The position numbers were made by a program, and so were the translations under genes. Below are positions 13,367 to 27,130 of a stretch of DNA of 64,000 nt, in pieces (the first letter of the stretch is position 1; the number at the start of each line of letters is the position of its first letter). The notes below the pieces were generated by a model. It did not search any database, was not told where the DNA came from, and saw only the letters and a program-made list of their open reading frames with translations. Source of the DNA: Balanoglossus misakiensis (Eukaryota > Animalia > Hemichordata); NCBI GenBank assembly GCA_040954595.2, contig CM082598.2, forward strand, positions 8,819,097 through 8,883,096. Reading direction: 5' to 3'.

Positions 13367-15120
13367 AAAGCTGCATGCACCCTTGGAGGGGCCCAAGCAT
13401 ATGAATCAAATACAAGAAAGTCAAGGGTCAAGCCAATGTCAACAAAATTTTGATGCCATAGGGATTATGTTAAACAATAAATTTAGAATTTGATATGCAC
13501 ATATTTAATGAGGTCAAGGGGGTCCTTAAATTAACCATCAATTTATAGTTCCTTACTTGTACATGTTAACGAAAATCTGTACAGACATGTTTGCTGTAAT
13601 CCCACCAAACATGACACTGTTAGGTCTTATAGTTATGCAGTAATACACATTTACGTGATACTAGGGTCAAAGGTTATGGAGGTCACGTGACATACAAGGG
13701 GGAGAGGGGTATTGGCAAAATGATTTCTTCCCATAATGCCACCTGTCCACCAAAAATCAGCTTTCTATGTCTATTTGTTCGCATGGAATTAGATACATGC
13801 ATAATTAATGTTGGTCAAAGGTCAAGGGATAACCCCAAAATTTGCATGTTCCTCCTATACCTGTATATGTCAAAAAACTAGTCCCTGGTTCTATTGGCTA
13901 CCCTATAATTAGACATGCATTTATCCAATGGGGGTCAAAGTTAAGGGGGTAACCCCCAAATTTGGCTTTTATTTTGGTCTCATTCCGGTCACTGGTCAAC
14001 AACTTGCAGCCCAGAATGCCAGAATAAGATGTCACCATAGCTTAACTGTAAAGGTATAGGCCTATGGCTGGGTCAAAGGTCATGTAAAAATTCTCAAAAT
14101 TTAAATTGACTATGACCTTGAAATTTGGCATGTAGGATACTGGCCATAATGGTGTACAAGGCAAGATAACAGAATTTTGTTCCTCATTTCTGATGCAAAG
14201 GAGGTCCAATTGAAATTTCAATCCAAGATGGCCACTAGGCTACGTGACTAATTAAAAATTCATAAGTGTTATGCACAAGATTTGTAGATTCACATTTAAG
14301 TTCTAGCTTTATAAAAAAAATAGCGTCAAGGACACTGTGGTCCCATTTGAGGACATAGCACATAGCAACGTAGCAATAAGCATATCTGCTCTCGATGCCA
14401 AGATATGGAAAAGTAGGTCAAAGGTCACCTGAGGTCATGCAAAATTTGGGCAAGAAATTTTGACCCTATACTGGTCCATGTTCAACAAAAACCAAACCTA
14501 TAGCCCTATTGGTTAGCCTGGAATTTGGTATGCACATAATTAATGAGATATGCAGGTGTCACAGGTGACCCCCAATTTTGGCTTTTCAATTTTAGTCCCT
14601 ACCCTCCAAACGCCAAGTCTGTACCTGCTCTGGACGCCAAGATATGATAAAGTAGGTCAAAGGTCACCTGAGCTCATGCAAAATTTGGGCAAGAAATTTT
14701 GACCTTATACTGGTCCATGTTCAATAAAAACCAAACCTATAGCCTTATTGGTTAGCCTGGAATTAGGTATGCACATAATTAATGAGATATGCAGGTGTCA
14801 CAGGTGACCCCCAATTTTGGCTTTTCAATTTTAGTCCCAACCCCCCAAACGCCAAGTCTGTACCTGCTCTGGATGCCAAGATATGGAAAAGTAGGTCAAA
14901 GGTCACCTGAGGTCACCCAAAATTTGGGCAAGAAATTTTGACCCTATACTGGTCCATGTCCTACAAGAACGAAACCTCTAGCCCTATTAGTTAGCCCGGA
15001 ATTAGGTATGCACATAATTAATGTGTTAAGCAGGTGTTACAGGTGAGCCTAAAAATTTGCCTTTTATTTTGGCCCCGTTGTGCTCACTGACCAATAGACA
15101 GTCACTGTACAGGACTATTG
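13367..15120 (+). mobile_element. Helentron/DINE-like non-autonomous element with internal tandem repeats (GGTCAAAGGTCA-rich family)
   Basis: Start AAAGCTGCATGCACCCTTGGAGGGGCCCAAGCAT matches the reverse complement of 61120-61155. Contains the 239-bp tandem array. The right boundary is approximate. Confidence 0.5.
14385..15065. repeat. 239-bp tandem repeat, about 2.8 copies
   Basis: AAGATATG(G/A)..AAGTAGGTCAAAGGTCACCTGAG starts at 14400, 14639 and 14878. Confidence 0.92.
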
Positions 15121-15229
15121 CACAGACAAGAATTCCACAATAAGACGTGGACATAGCTTAACCATTGAGGTATAAGTAAAGGTATAAATTTAATAAAAAG
15201 ACTAAAAAAATCATAAAAAATAAAACATC

Positions 15230-15650
15230 CATGATATCAACTTAACACTTACAGGTCGGTGTGAGGTTGACATAAGGTACATGCATACCAATTTTCAAAG
15301 CAATCTGACCAGTAGTTGTTGACTTACAGAGTTTTGATCAATTTCACAATTTTCCAGCTAATTTGCATATTTTTGGGCCTGACAACTTCGTTTGGACAAA
15401 CTCCCATCTACAGCCCTGCCTGCACCTACACACCAAATATTGAGGTGATACGCGCAGCGGTTTTCAAGTTTTTGATGTGGACGGACATACAGACATACAT
15501 CCATACATCCATACATCCATCCATCCATCCATACATCCATACATCCATCCATCCATCCATACATACAGACGCAACCCATCCCATAAGGTGACCTTGGTAT
15601 ATAGGCCTATACCAATGGGACCTAAAAATACACCAATGGGACCTAAAAAT
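15230..15650 (+). mobile_element. DINE/HINE-like element 3' end with (CATA/CATC)n microsatellite and terminal hairpin
   Basis: Shared block CAATCTGACCAGT...CTAATTTGCATATTTTTGG...GTGGACGGACATACAGAC-(CATA)n-CCCATAAGGT...TGGGACCTAAAA, also at 27515, 29700, 31200 and (reverse) 62630. Confidence 0.7.
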
Positions 15651-17059
15651 ACACAAAAAGATTCAAATAAAAATAATAAGCTCACACCTATAAATCCCCT
15701 TTGGCTATGAAAAATTCCTATGGCAGTGAGTGCCAATTTTGTATCATATTGCTATTAAACCTCTAATTCTTCTACATTAATGAATCATTAATGTACAATA
15801 CTAGAAAACCATGCCCATATACAAAAATGGAAAAAATGATAATTGAAGTTAATAGAGAGAGCAAGTCAAACCAATGTGCAATGGTGTGTACTCTTAATTG
15901 TCTTGTTAGCTCTTTAAACACAACTGTTTCACACAAGTTTAATACCAATATTTTTCTGCAATTTTTTTTCAAGGTATTTATTCAGTAATTCAATTTTTCA
16001 TGAGTCTTTTTCAGCTCCTATTGTTTTGATTTTATGAGCCCCTGATTTAACAGGGATGCGAAAAATTCACAAATAAATAAATAATGAATACCAAAATAAT
16101 GCTGTCATTTGTTTACCATTCAGCTTATTGAAAGTTTACCTGGGTGCAATTATGTGTTGCATTTTTAGGCTAAATGGTAAACACCTGAAGGTTGCTGTTT
16201 CCAGTGCAATTAGTCTTAATTTACACACAGTGCTTGTTACGCGCAATGCTTATTGTGCCTAGAGGACCCAACAACCTTCAGGTTATGCTGAACAAATTGT
16301 AATGATAATTTAGGACTGCAATAAAAAATAGGATGGGATTTTAGGACTGCAATAAAGTGATAAAATTGGATTTTAGGACTGCAATTAAAATATGATGGGA
16401 TTTATTTGAAAGTATTCTACTTCAATGTCAAACTTGAAGTAGTGTTGGCATACTGAAATGTACACATTGCCATTTAATGTTAACCTGCTCCCTCTCTCTC
16501 CAGGACACAATCACCAAAAAATGCTACAAGACTATTACATTTGTAATATGGATCATATAACTCAGGTTGGGATCGTTCAATGTTCAATATCAACTCATGG
16601 TGGAAGTTCTGTCCTTGAAATGACGATGAAATCAAACACAGTTTGTTGAAGTCAGTAACACACATCATCCAATGCACCGGCTTTTGAATTCATACATGTA
16701 TCCTCTTCTTTCCTATAAACAGAAAGAGGACATCACACTTACCTTGTATTGATTTATTAAAGTAACAAAGAGACATTAACTTCCACACAGAAACAAAAAT
16801 GTGCTCCTGTCAAACACTGAACAGGGAATAAAAAAAGAGGCCCAGGAAGTGACAAAATCCAATCAGGTAATTTCTTGATCACTATTCAATATGGTGGTTG
16901 GTGCCCATTGACTGCCAAACATGTCATAAGAAAGTATATTTCAACAAGCCTGAAGAGAAGCTATCAATCATGAGTGACACAGTCTTGTCAATGATATAGT
17001 CCCCACTGTATTATTTTAATACATTGAAATAAAAATTGACATGCACGTACATCAGAGTA

Positions 17060-17936
17060 CAGTGAACCGTTGATTATCTGAACAGGTAGGGGGATGTACA
17101 GGCTTTTGGTTCAGATATGCAATCAGTTCGGATATGCAATCTTAAGGCCCAAAGGGGGGGGGGGGGGGTCACATTCAGGTCATATCTCACATATACATGT
17201 ATAGGTACATGAACCTGTACCATAGTAGACAAGACACATCATTTTCCTTTCTATTTTTATTTCTAAGTAAATTTTGAAGCATTTTGAAAATTGTACTAAG
17301 CAAAGTAATAAGATAATTGATAAAAAAAAGAATGACGGTGTTGAGGTCGATAACGTGACGCTTGCGTTTCATTGATGACGCAGCCATGATGACATAGACT
17401 GTTATGGCGGATGCAGAGCGATGCTGGTTCGACGATGTTACAAGATCACTACTGGAAATTACAAAATGGTGTCATTTCCCAAAACCCACTTCTACCTAAC
17501 CAGTTAACACTTTTAGGTTTTGACGAAATGCTGCAAAATGCCGCAAACGTTTAAAGAAGAAGTCGGCCACCAGTCGTAACCTTTCAGCAAGGCCGACAAA
17601 TCGTATGCGGCTGAACGAACCATGCCATTGTTGAGCTGTTCATTTTCACATCTCTTGCGATTGCATCCAAATGATTCATACCCGAGGATACAAAACATTA
17701 ACACTTTCAGAATCAAAACAAAAGTCTAATGGGCGGTAAAGTTGTTTAAAGAAATAACTTCATTAAAGAGGAAGGTGCTGTACTATTATGCCATCCTTTG
17801 ACAGCCAGGGCCGTGAATATCAAACAATGATTAAGCAAGGCATACGCCTACATGTAGACTTTGCGGGGAACACAGAGTGAGTTCAGATAGCCGAACAATG
17901 TGGATAATCAACATTCGGATAATCGACGGTTTACTG
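17060..17936. mobile_element. pogo/Tigger-like non-autonomous DNA transposon, 877 bp
   Basis: TA|CAGTGAACCGTTGATTATCTGAA ... TTCGGATAATCGACGGTTTACTG|TA (23-bp TIR, 3 mismatches), with subterminal GGATA repeats. Confidence 0.85.
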
Positions 17937-18329
17937 TACATCATGGTTGTATGAAGTCAAAACAGAATCATTTCAAGCATGTCTGACATATGGCTCTGCA
18001 CTTGAATTGTTTGTGTGAAAAAGATGGTTGCCTGATGACCACACAGCGTTATCAGGATACTTACTTGAATGTAGTGGTGTAGTCTCAGTTCATAGATGCT
18101 TGCAGTGTTGTTGTTACTGTTCCATCTAGAAGTTGTGTACGATGCTTGTTGCTAATGACATAGTTGTTGTTACTGTTCCGTCTAGAATCTGTGTGATTTG
18201 CATATTCTTTAACCCATCAACCATAACATCAGAAGAGGTGACAGAAGTCTGGGGAGGTTAATAGACAGCAACAACTTGTGATTAGCAGGATTTTTTACAC
18301 AAGATACGCAGATATTAAGTGCTATGGAG

Positions 18330-19520
18330 GAGTACCAACTTACCATCGTCAAAATGTAGTATTGTCAGGACTTACTGAAGTCGAAGAAATAGAAGATGAC
18401 ATTCAGTGTTTTGGATGCAGTGACACTAATGGATGAAGCACTGACAGACCATGACAAGAACTTGATACAACCTCAAACTGAACAAAAAGAAGTCACGCTA
18501 AGACAAAAGGAATACTTCCCTTCCATAGGTCAACTACTCAGTTGAGATGGATATCAGACAGATCCTGCTCAGGTGTCAGCAATTCTCAATGCTACAACCA
18601 CGTGACAAAAAGGGAATTAATACAGCACCTTTTGGGTTTTGTCAACTATATACCTCTTGCAATTCATGCCAAAGCTATCAGAGATATGTGAACCACTATG
18701 CAAAGTAATTGAGAAGAAAGTTGAATTCATATAGGAGAGTCAACAGGCAGAGGTTTTAGCTACCATACAGCAGATGATCAGGACAACACCGGTATTCAAG
18801 TACTGTGATGTTTACAGTAACGTGACCATACAGTGTGATGCGTCAGAATTTGGATTAGGATCATGCCACACTACTTCAGGATAGACAGCCAGTGGCATTT
18901 GCATCAAGGTCACTGTCACTAACCGAACGTAGATATACTGAGATCGCAAAAGAATATTTGGCTATTGTTTATGTATGCTACAGATTCGATCATTTAAAAA
19001 CAACATGGAAATATAACTTGCAATATCCGATGCCTGCCAGGTTCAAAGATTTATATCCCAAATATATGCTGAGCTGAGCCTGTGAACAAGGCAATTACAA
19101 TCAAAGAGAGAAGTGTAGTCCAGAGTATCAAATTTTCTAGATGACTGAGGAAAATCAACTTGACTCCATGCATCTGTCAGAAGGCATACACCACCAAGTC
19201 AAGCATACTTTGCATTGCAAGCTCAGCTTCATGTGCACAATGATGACAGGCTTGCCACACTCACAGAAAGATGTTCTGATTAGTATCCAGGAACTTCTGG
19301 AACTTCACAGATGAATTAACTGCACAATATGGGGTTATGTTCAAAGGGATAAAAGTGATCATACCAATGTCTATATGTCAACGATGATCACAAGAGCACA
19401 AACTAGCCATTTTGGATTTGACGATTGCAAAGAGCATGTGATGTTCTTTTTCGGTCAGGAATGACAGGGGAAATCACAGAAATGTGCAGCAATTTTCTAT
19501 CTATGGTAAACAACAGAAGG
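18330..19520 (+). pseudogene. Gypsy pol remnant (RT DD motif, RNase H, integrase zinc-finger region)
   Basis: IEDDIQCFG (RT), VTIQCDASEFGLG and QPVAFASRSLSLTERRYTEIAKEYLAIVY (RNase H), RACDVLFRSGMTGEITEMC (integrase HHCC region). Many stops and frameshifts. Confidence 0.85.
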
Positions 19521-19789
19521 GGCCCATCATGTCACATTGATGTCCAGAAGAATAAGAACCACTATGCCAACATCACAGTCACTTCTGAAGCCTCATGTCA
19601 TAGACGATGTGTCAGAAAATATCAGAAGCAAGAAATAGATGGCCAAAGCTTACAACAATTATACCAAACCTCTACCAGCTTTGGACTACAGCCAGTACAA
19701 CCAAGAGCTCCATGGCAAAGAGGATCATGAGTTGCCAAAGTCCGTGGGCGTTCGTATCAGAGAAATGACAGATTCATTTGATTACATAC

Positions 19790-20996
19790 AAATCTGATTA
19801 AAATCAGATGTAGGGAACGCCGACCAACATCTGACCAACTCTCACTGGAGCTCCCGTTGAAATCGCGCATTCTGACCCGGCCAATCAGATTGCGTGTTAT
19901 GCCGACCAAAGAATTGCACTGGGAGATGGGAGAAATGTTGTTGTTGACTTCGAGTATCGCACAGAATACGACAGATTGGCTTTCTCTTGTGTACAATTAC
20001 ATGTAATCCCATGATATCTTTCTTTGTTTGGCGTCATCGTATGCGAGTGGTTTTCGCAGAGCAGTGCAACGTCCAGCTGTAGCCATATACAAATGATGAA
20101 CTGTCGTTGATCATTCATAAACTCTCCTAACAAGTCGTCATGTTCGCCCTCGTAGTCATGCCACCAGTCGGGAAAATGACGTACTTCATGTAAAAGTTTA
20201 TAAAAAAATAAACTAAATTTCACTGCCATGTATCCCAAAACCATTAATGTGACAGGATTTTAAGAATAACGCTAACTTCGGCTATGGAAGGTCAAGTCAT
20301 AGCTCTGCGTACAGGTCTGTGTGTCCCCGACGCACCACATCCCTGCATAAGGCCCCATAGACAAAACTGGTGCGTCTGCGGTCCGGACCCGGACGCCCGA
20401 CCGCAGCTTTTTCTGTCGAAATTCGATTTTATCGAAGCAAAATCCTTTCCCTGTCTACTTCAACCGACCCCAAATATGATGCGATTAACTTCTTCTAATG
20501 TCCGTGTAACGCCGGGAACACACAGACCTGCACGCAGAGCTAGTCAAGTCAGTGCAGTCGGTCGGTACACTCTGGTGTATACAAACGATCGTGGCGACAG
20601 AATCTCTCCCTGGGACGGCCTTACACAAATGTAATCGATTCTCTAACAATTTTACTGCGACTTGTTGCCACGTCTTATACATTTCGTTGGCCAATGGAAT
20701 ATAGAGGTTCAGTCGTCACGCTGAACTGGCTCGAAACCATTCTCCCCACGCTGATTCGACTCTCGCGCCCGGGATATATGTCTGTGGTAGCCCCATGGTA
20801 ACAGCCGCAAGGGGCCAGGTCATGTGATTGTGGGATGCCTATCGTTTGCTATAAGGCGCCTTCTGATTGGTTTACGCAACCAGTAAATCCTGTCGATTTC
20901 AATGGGAGCTCCAGTGAGAGTTGGTCAGATGTAGTGTGAGGCGACAGCATAAAAAAAACACGTCGCCGTTCCCTACATCTGATTTTAATCAGATTG
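19790..20996. mobile_element. Non-autonomous TIR element with 9-bp TSD (AcademH- or Mutator-type), 1.2 kb
   Basis: TIR AATCTGATTAAAATCAGATGTAGGGAACGCCGAC / GTCGCCGTTCCCTACATCTGATTTTAATCAGATTG. Flanks ATTACATAC (19781-19789) and ATTACATAG (20997-21005). Confidence 0.85.
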
Positions 20997-21004
20997 ATTA
21001 CATA

Positions 21005-21226
21005 GATACATGCATACATACATGCATGCATGCATACATACATACAGACAGACAGACAGACAGACAGACATACATACAGACATACATACATACATACATA
21101 CATACATACATACATACATACATACATACATACATACATACATACATACATACATACATACATACAGACAAACAGACAGACATACATACATATAGACAGA
21201 CGCAACTGATCCCATCAGGTCACAAT

Positions 21227-21265
<39 letters not shown>

Positions 21266-21300
21266 TTGGTATATATATATATACCAACTGGGACCTAAAA
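21005..21300 (+). repeat. (CATA)n/(TA)n microsatellite plus DINE/HINE-like 3' terminus
   Basis: Long CATA run, then GATCCCATCAGGTC...TGGGACCTAAAA as in the other family copies. Confidence 0.75.
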
Positions 21301-22279
21301 AGGGGACGTGTTATCGGAATACTTACCTGTGGTGGAATGTTACCGTCTCAGGTCATTGTTCACAGTCCCAAGATGCTTGTAGCTGAAGACATGACTGAAT
21401 AAAGTGTTGTTGTTACTGTTCCATCAAGAAGCTGTGTCTAGAAGCATATTATTTAACTAACCGACCAGGACAGGACCAGACCAAACTGCAAAATAAATAA
21501 TAATAATGATGTTTATTTACACAAATATAAAATGGTACATATTGTAAAGCAGAGTCTTCGCTCGTGGTGGGTAAATATAGAGTCAGGAAATAGCTGCAGC
21601 TAGTCTAGCCTGTACTCCTACAATAAAGCTTGCTAAACAAAATTAAATATAAATATTGAGAGGTTGAACCCTATGGGTGCATATATATGTCAGAGAACAT
21701 TGTCTATATACCAAGTTTTAATGCAATTGTGGTCGTCATATTAGAATAATTGTACCATACACCACACTAATGATGTTTGCAGCTTGAATTGTTACCTTTT
21801 GAAATCTGCTTGGCTGGTTTACAGCAATTAATGCACAGATCTAGGTTGGCAGATGTTCAATCATCAGAGAGAAATCTGCAAAGATGAAAAATATGTCAAT
21901 AAGTATACTTGCATCAAGCAAAACGACAATAAAATGTATCCATGGACAGATGAGCTCCAGGCTTCATGAACAATACAAGACACCATACTGTTGTTCTTGA
22001 ATGTGAGGACAAAACTTGGCCTTTTGTGCCATTCAGATCTTCACTGTGGTTTATGAATATTACGTACTTCAATGGCTGCTCATACACATTTAAATTTGCA
22101 TACTCACACCACAGGAGTCATGTTACCTGGTTACCATTTTGGCGTTTGGACTGGAGGATGTATTGAATCATGGAAATCTGAAACTAATGAGAAAAAATTG
22201 TGTAAATAGACAATTATAACTGACTGCTCTGGACTGCAACTTGTTGGCTAACAAACCCAGCACCTGTAACAAATAATTA

Positions 22280-22821
22280 GAGGTTATAAACGGCTAGCGA
22301 GGGTATTTGGTTGCGGATATAAGACCTCTCAGGTGAAAATTAGCATATTTGGCTGGAAATAATCACCGAGCGAAGCGAGGTGATTATTTCACCCAAATAT
22401 GCTAATTTTCACCTGAGAGGTCTTATATCCGTACCAAATACCCGAGCGCACCGTTTATAACCTCATTATAATATGATTTTGCTTGATAAAGATAAACAAT
22501 TTCATTTTTTCAAGTCCGTTGTTTGGTTGGGGATAAATCGTGCTAGTTCTAGGGCCTCGTCGCGCCCTGTTCCAGAACACGCAAGCTGAGCTCGTGCAAA
22601 CGTGTTCTAGAATTTCTAAAGTCACGCGATTTTATGCCACTGCCAATAGAATTCATAAAGTGCGTTCTATTCAGGCGCGTTCTCTTCTACATGTTCTATT
22701 TCGGTTACTTTTTAAAAAACTATTCACTGTTCAGGGTCCAGGTACTAGGTCTTCTTGTCGAGAATATAAACCCCGGCTCAAGCCAATCAGCGAGCTGGAT
22801 TCACGCCAAGCATATTATAAT
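22280..22821. mobile_element. Hairpin-ended element A: 185-bp terminal palindrome plus asymmetric 11-bp inverted repeat (possibly Crypton-related)
   Basis: Palindrome 22280-22464 centred on CCGAGCGAAGCGAGG. ATTATAATATG (22465-22475) pairs with CATATTATAAT (22811-22821). Confidence 0.7.
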
Positions 22822-23254
22822 AAGTAATAAATGTTAATTCATAATTATAGACTGGATGTGTTTAATCTTACTTAATTACCAAATAGACATACAAAACATG
22901 AAACTATCTCTACTTCCATGGGAGAAACATGGACCAGTACCCAGTTAACATATCACCGTCAATTATGTTGTCCCATGGTGACTAAAAATTCAACAATTAT
23001 CAACAAATTAATATGCAGTTACCCTCTTTCTACATATTATGTAACACTTACAAGTTTAAATTCCCACTAGAAAATCATCTCTCAATTTACGAGTTCAAGA
23101 AAACTACACACTCCCCAAAAACTGTAAAAACTATTAATTGGCTTTTCAGTAGTTATCACCAATATCATCATACATAATTACTAAATTTTGCTTTCTAGCT
23201 GAGGCTACTTCACCTATTATTAATACAAACTGCAGAATAAGTCGTTTATTGTTT

Positions 23255-23256
<2 letters not shown>

Positions 23257-23289
<33 letters not shown>

Positions 23290-23345
23290 TCATCATCATC
23301 ATCAAAATCATCATCATCATCATCATCATCATGACCGCCATCAAA
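23257..23345. repeat. (ATC)n microsatellite
   Basis: Direct reading; a more degenerate ATC tract also lies at about 25055-25310. Confidence 0.9.
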
Positions 23346-26300
23346 ATCAGTAAAAACCATCATCAACCTCATCACCATATAAACAACTAGAATTAACAAT
23401 TAACATGAAAACTGCCACCACAATCACAACATTAAAGGAATAAAATCAAAATATTAAATGACCCATAAAAATCAGAAACTTTTAACCAATGACATTCTAC
23501 AAAGTCCATAGTCTCTCATTTATTAAACTAGCTGCATTATACTCTTAATTAAATATTATAAGTTTATTATTATCAGTACATAAATTTGTAAGTCTAAGAA
23601 TATTGTAATAAGTAAAATTAAACTTTCAAATGGTAATTATTATTATTATTATGCATAGCTGACATTATACACCAGTAATTCTCAATGCTGATTTACTAAA
23701 TTACTGCAATTCTCAAAACAAGAGCTATGTAAATTGCTTTCCAATACAAATGAGTGCTCACTTAATTGATGAAAGGGGGGAAAGACAAAGAGCTGTTGGT
23801 GAAATTGACTGGATGGTATTAAACACAATAAAATACATGGGTACACATCTGAAATACAAATCTTATATTATGCAATGTTTAGTTAATAATCTGGAATGAA
23901 ATCATGCATCCAATACAAATGTGATCAAAAATATACAAGTTTGATAAATCAGAAATTTTTACTAATCACCACTCTGTGTGAGTGTTACATCATGTTTGTG
24001 AGTGCAAGGTATAGTATGTCATGTTTGTGAGTGCAAGGTATTTAATAACATCCCCAAATCTGACTGGCCAGGTCAGAATGGGGACACCCACATGGAATAT
24101 TACAAAACTCCTTAATTCCACAGTCTAAATAACTGCAGAGTCATTGCATTACATACATGAGTTTTCAGACAATTATCTCTGCAAAACAATAGTACTATAC
24201 ACGTAACAGTAAGTGCATGTGCAAATGACATCTTTTGTTATGATGCCATAATGAAGCATCACCAATCAAGCATATCACCTGTAATCAGATTTAAGTAAAA
24301 AGAAATGTATGTATTCTGGTTTAAATATGGTTATTACTTAAATGCTGACATGGAATATTATACAAAAACACGTTAAATACCAAAGTCAATCTAACTGCAG
24401 TGTCATTGCATTACAGTGTAAAAAGTAGCACAAGTATGGGATATGAATGCACATATCAAGAACATTAAAATGATAGAAGAACTGGGAATCATACGATGCA
24501 CATTCCTAGAAAAAAAGAAAACTTTATTTAATTAACAATAACAGTTATATCAATGATGTTTACATACACCAGTCATAAATGTTTTCACCAACAGCTCTAT
24601 GTACTGGGCTCATCTTACTTTAATTTGTACACAGAATCATCTGTGACTCACAAAACTCTGTACACAGAATCACAAAGTATGCAATGTCAACTATGCATAG
24701 TGTTTAGGCTACCAATTCTGATGAATATTTAAGATGAATGTGACTAACTGTTTAGATGAAAATACATCTGTTATTTTTATGGTTAAATTAAACCTTCGCT
24801 AACATTATTGTTCTGTTACTTTATACCATTCCAACCACAATGTCAAGTCTAACAGATACAATATTATTGCAATTAATCTGGATTAAATAAAGACCATTAA
24901 GAATCAAATAATCACCACCTATACCATTCGAAACATATTCATTCTCCAGCCTTTTCATCTCGCAGTATCCAAAAATGAAGATCCACTTAAATCTGAGAAT
25001 ACCATGATTACATACAATATTCGGAAGTCTTTCTTACACAGCTACAAAGCACTATGACCATCATCATCAGCAGCAGTATTCATCATCATCATCATTACTA
25101 TGTTTTAATAATTATATCATAATCATCAACATCACCACCATGACCATCATCACCATCACCATCATCATCATCATCATTACTGTTATTTTTGTTTAATCAT
25201 CATCGTCGTCATCATTTTTAATATTTACATTTTTATAATCATCATCATTATTATTATTTGTTATTTTTGTTATATCGCCATCATCTCATCTCAACTCATC
25301 ATCATCATCAATGTGCACATTATTATTACCTTTCATATTTGTACTGAATCATTTATACAAGGGATATTCTTGTTTAATATGTATTTTGAAACTTTATCAT
25401 ACCTTATCCTGCAAACCCCCCAAATTATAATTTTCTTACACCAGATACTGTTAGGCCTGTCTATTATGGAATTTGTTCTGTATTTCACTCTTCATTAAAT
25501 GTTCTGTCTTAAATCAACCTCCATTCTGCAAAGTACAATCTTACCTTTATGATGACAAAACCCAATGCACTGGTGTTCAGTGGAAGTTACTTTTGATCTT
25601 TGCAGTATACATTTCTCAGTAAACATTTCATTCACAGAGATTGACACCATCCGTATCATAAATTTGCATTTCAACAGCACGGAAAAAACCCCAGACTGAA
25701 TAGCATTAATAGCAGATGCTTACCATGCTTTGTGGCAGGTTAGTGTTTGTAATCCTGCATCATCCTGTCTTATACTCATGTACACTTTCAGGCAATAGAA
25801 TAAAATACACAGTATGAATAAATAAATAAAAAATAATACTTCCCTCTCAATGATCAGTTGTAGTAACAGTAGTAATGTACATCCATTTCAGTAATCCTCA
25901 ACTTTTCCACACTATAGTCTTGTCAGATTTCACGGAAAGTTCCTCCTGCAAGAAAGAAATTTGAAAACAATGGGTAAGAGACACTCAAATACAGTATACA
26001 TGTATCTTCATCACATAAACTGACCCACGATTTACACCTTTGTGCCGTAGACCAGGACATAAAAAAATCTATATTTAAAACCGAAGCACGACGCGCAATA
26101 CATCCGCATATGCTAATCACCTATTGAATATTCATGAGAACCCTATATAAGGGTTTGACCAGATGAGAACGGTGTAACTACCCTTCAACAGTGGAGTTGG
26201 ATAGCAAAGCAATCGAAGAAAGTGTAAGATAGAGGGGAGGGTGGGGCGGGATACCGTTTGGTGTACAAGTCCCCCTTCTAGCTGAGGAGCGCCCGCGTAG

Positions 26301-26499
26301 GTTTCCCACCCACCTACCCTCATTCACCGAAGACTCCGTTCAGGATAAAGCCTTCAATGACACCATTCCCATGCCCAATCCTATAACAATAGGCAATATC
26401 CTTGAGCGGAGTGATAAGGCTTTAAATATTACATTATACCCCCTGTTCTACATCATCAACTGGAACTATTTCCAACAATTCGCTGAGTGAGTGCCACAG

Positions 26500-26990
26500 C
26501 TCAGTTTCGTCTGAGCGAGGCTGGATGGTTTGGAGCCAGTTCAGCGCGTTATGACTGAAATTCTATATTCCACCAGTCGTGGTTTGTACAAGATGTAGAA
26601 ACAAGTCACAGTAATAATGTTGGAGAATCGATAAGATTTGTATAACTTGGTCCCAGGCTGAGATTGTGTCGCCATGATACATATATTTTGTATTTCTGCG
26701 GAAACACCGACCGACCACACTGACTTGACCTCCGCAACGGTGCAAATGCAACAGTTCCTTAGACTTATTTTTAAAATCCTGTCATATTAATGGTTTTGGG
26801 ATACATGGCATTGGAGTTTGGTTTATTTTTTTATAAACTTTTACATGAACTACATCAATTACCCCAATAAAAATGCAACTGGTGGTATGACTTTGCTGGC
26901 GAACTGAGCTCAATGCAATGCCATGACTTGCTGGAAGATTTTATGAATGAACAGCTTCTGTCTTTTGCATATCTCATGTGGGCTACAGAT
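26500..26990 (-). mobile_element. Diverged, partial inverted copy of the internal part of the 19790-20996 element
   Basis: Reverse complement contains TGCCATGTATCCCAAAACCATTAAT(A/G)TGACAGGATTTTAA (cf. 20224-20265), GTCAAGTCAGTG..GTCGGTCGG and GCTGAACTGGCTC.AAACCAT (cf. 20543-20740). Confidence 0.7.
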
Positions 26991-27130
26991 CCTTGCGCCC
27001 CTGAAAAATAATCCCACTAAAAATACAAGGCCACTCCAATATTTTAGAAAGATACTGAATTTTTATTACTGCCTCTTCTAAAGAAAAATAAGAAGACTGT
27101 TCATGTGATAAATATATAATCCCATGATAT

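Larger units (their letters stand above)
18047..21472 (+). mobile_element. Degenerate Ty3/Gypsy LTR retrotransposon with nested insertions
   Basis: 5' LTR about 18047-18228 (cGTTATC...ATAACA) and 3' LTR 21309-21472 (TGTTATC...GGACA) share GTGTTGTTGTTACTGTTCCATC and GCATATT.TTTAAC. Polypurine tract AAAAAGGGGA directly before the 3' LTR. PBS-like AGGTGACAGAAGT after the 5' LTR. No clear TSD. Confidence 0.7.

Noticed and set aside
17187-17387. ORF starting MAASSMKRKRHVIDL, reminiscent of a pogo/CENP-B N-terminus
   Set aside because: The similarity covers only a few residues and then runs into AT-rich low-complexity sequence.
20849-21298. MYVCMYVC / HTYIHTYI ORFs here and at 12656-13062, 15316-15736, 27716, 29885 and 62570
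   Set aside because: These are translations of (CATA)n microsatellites.
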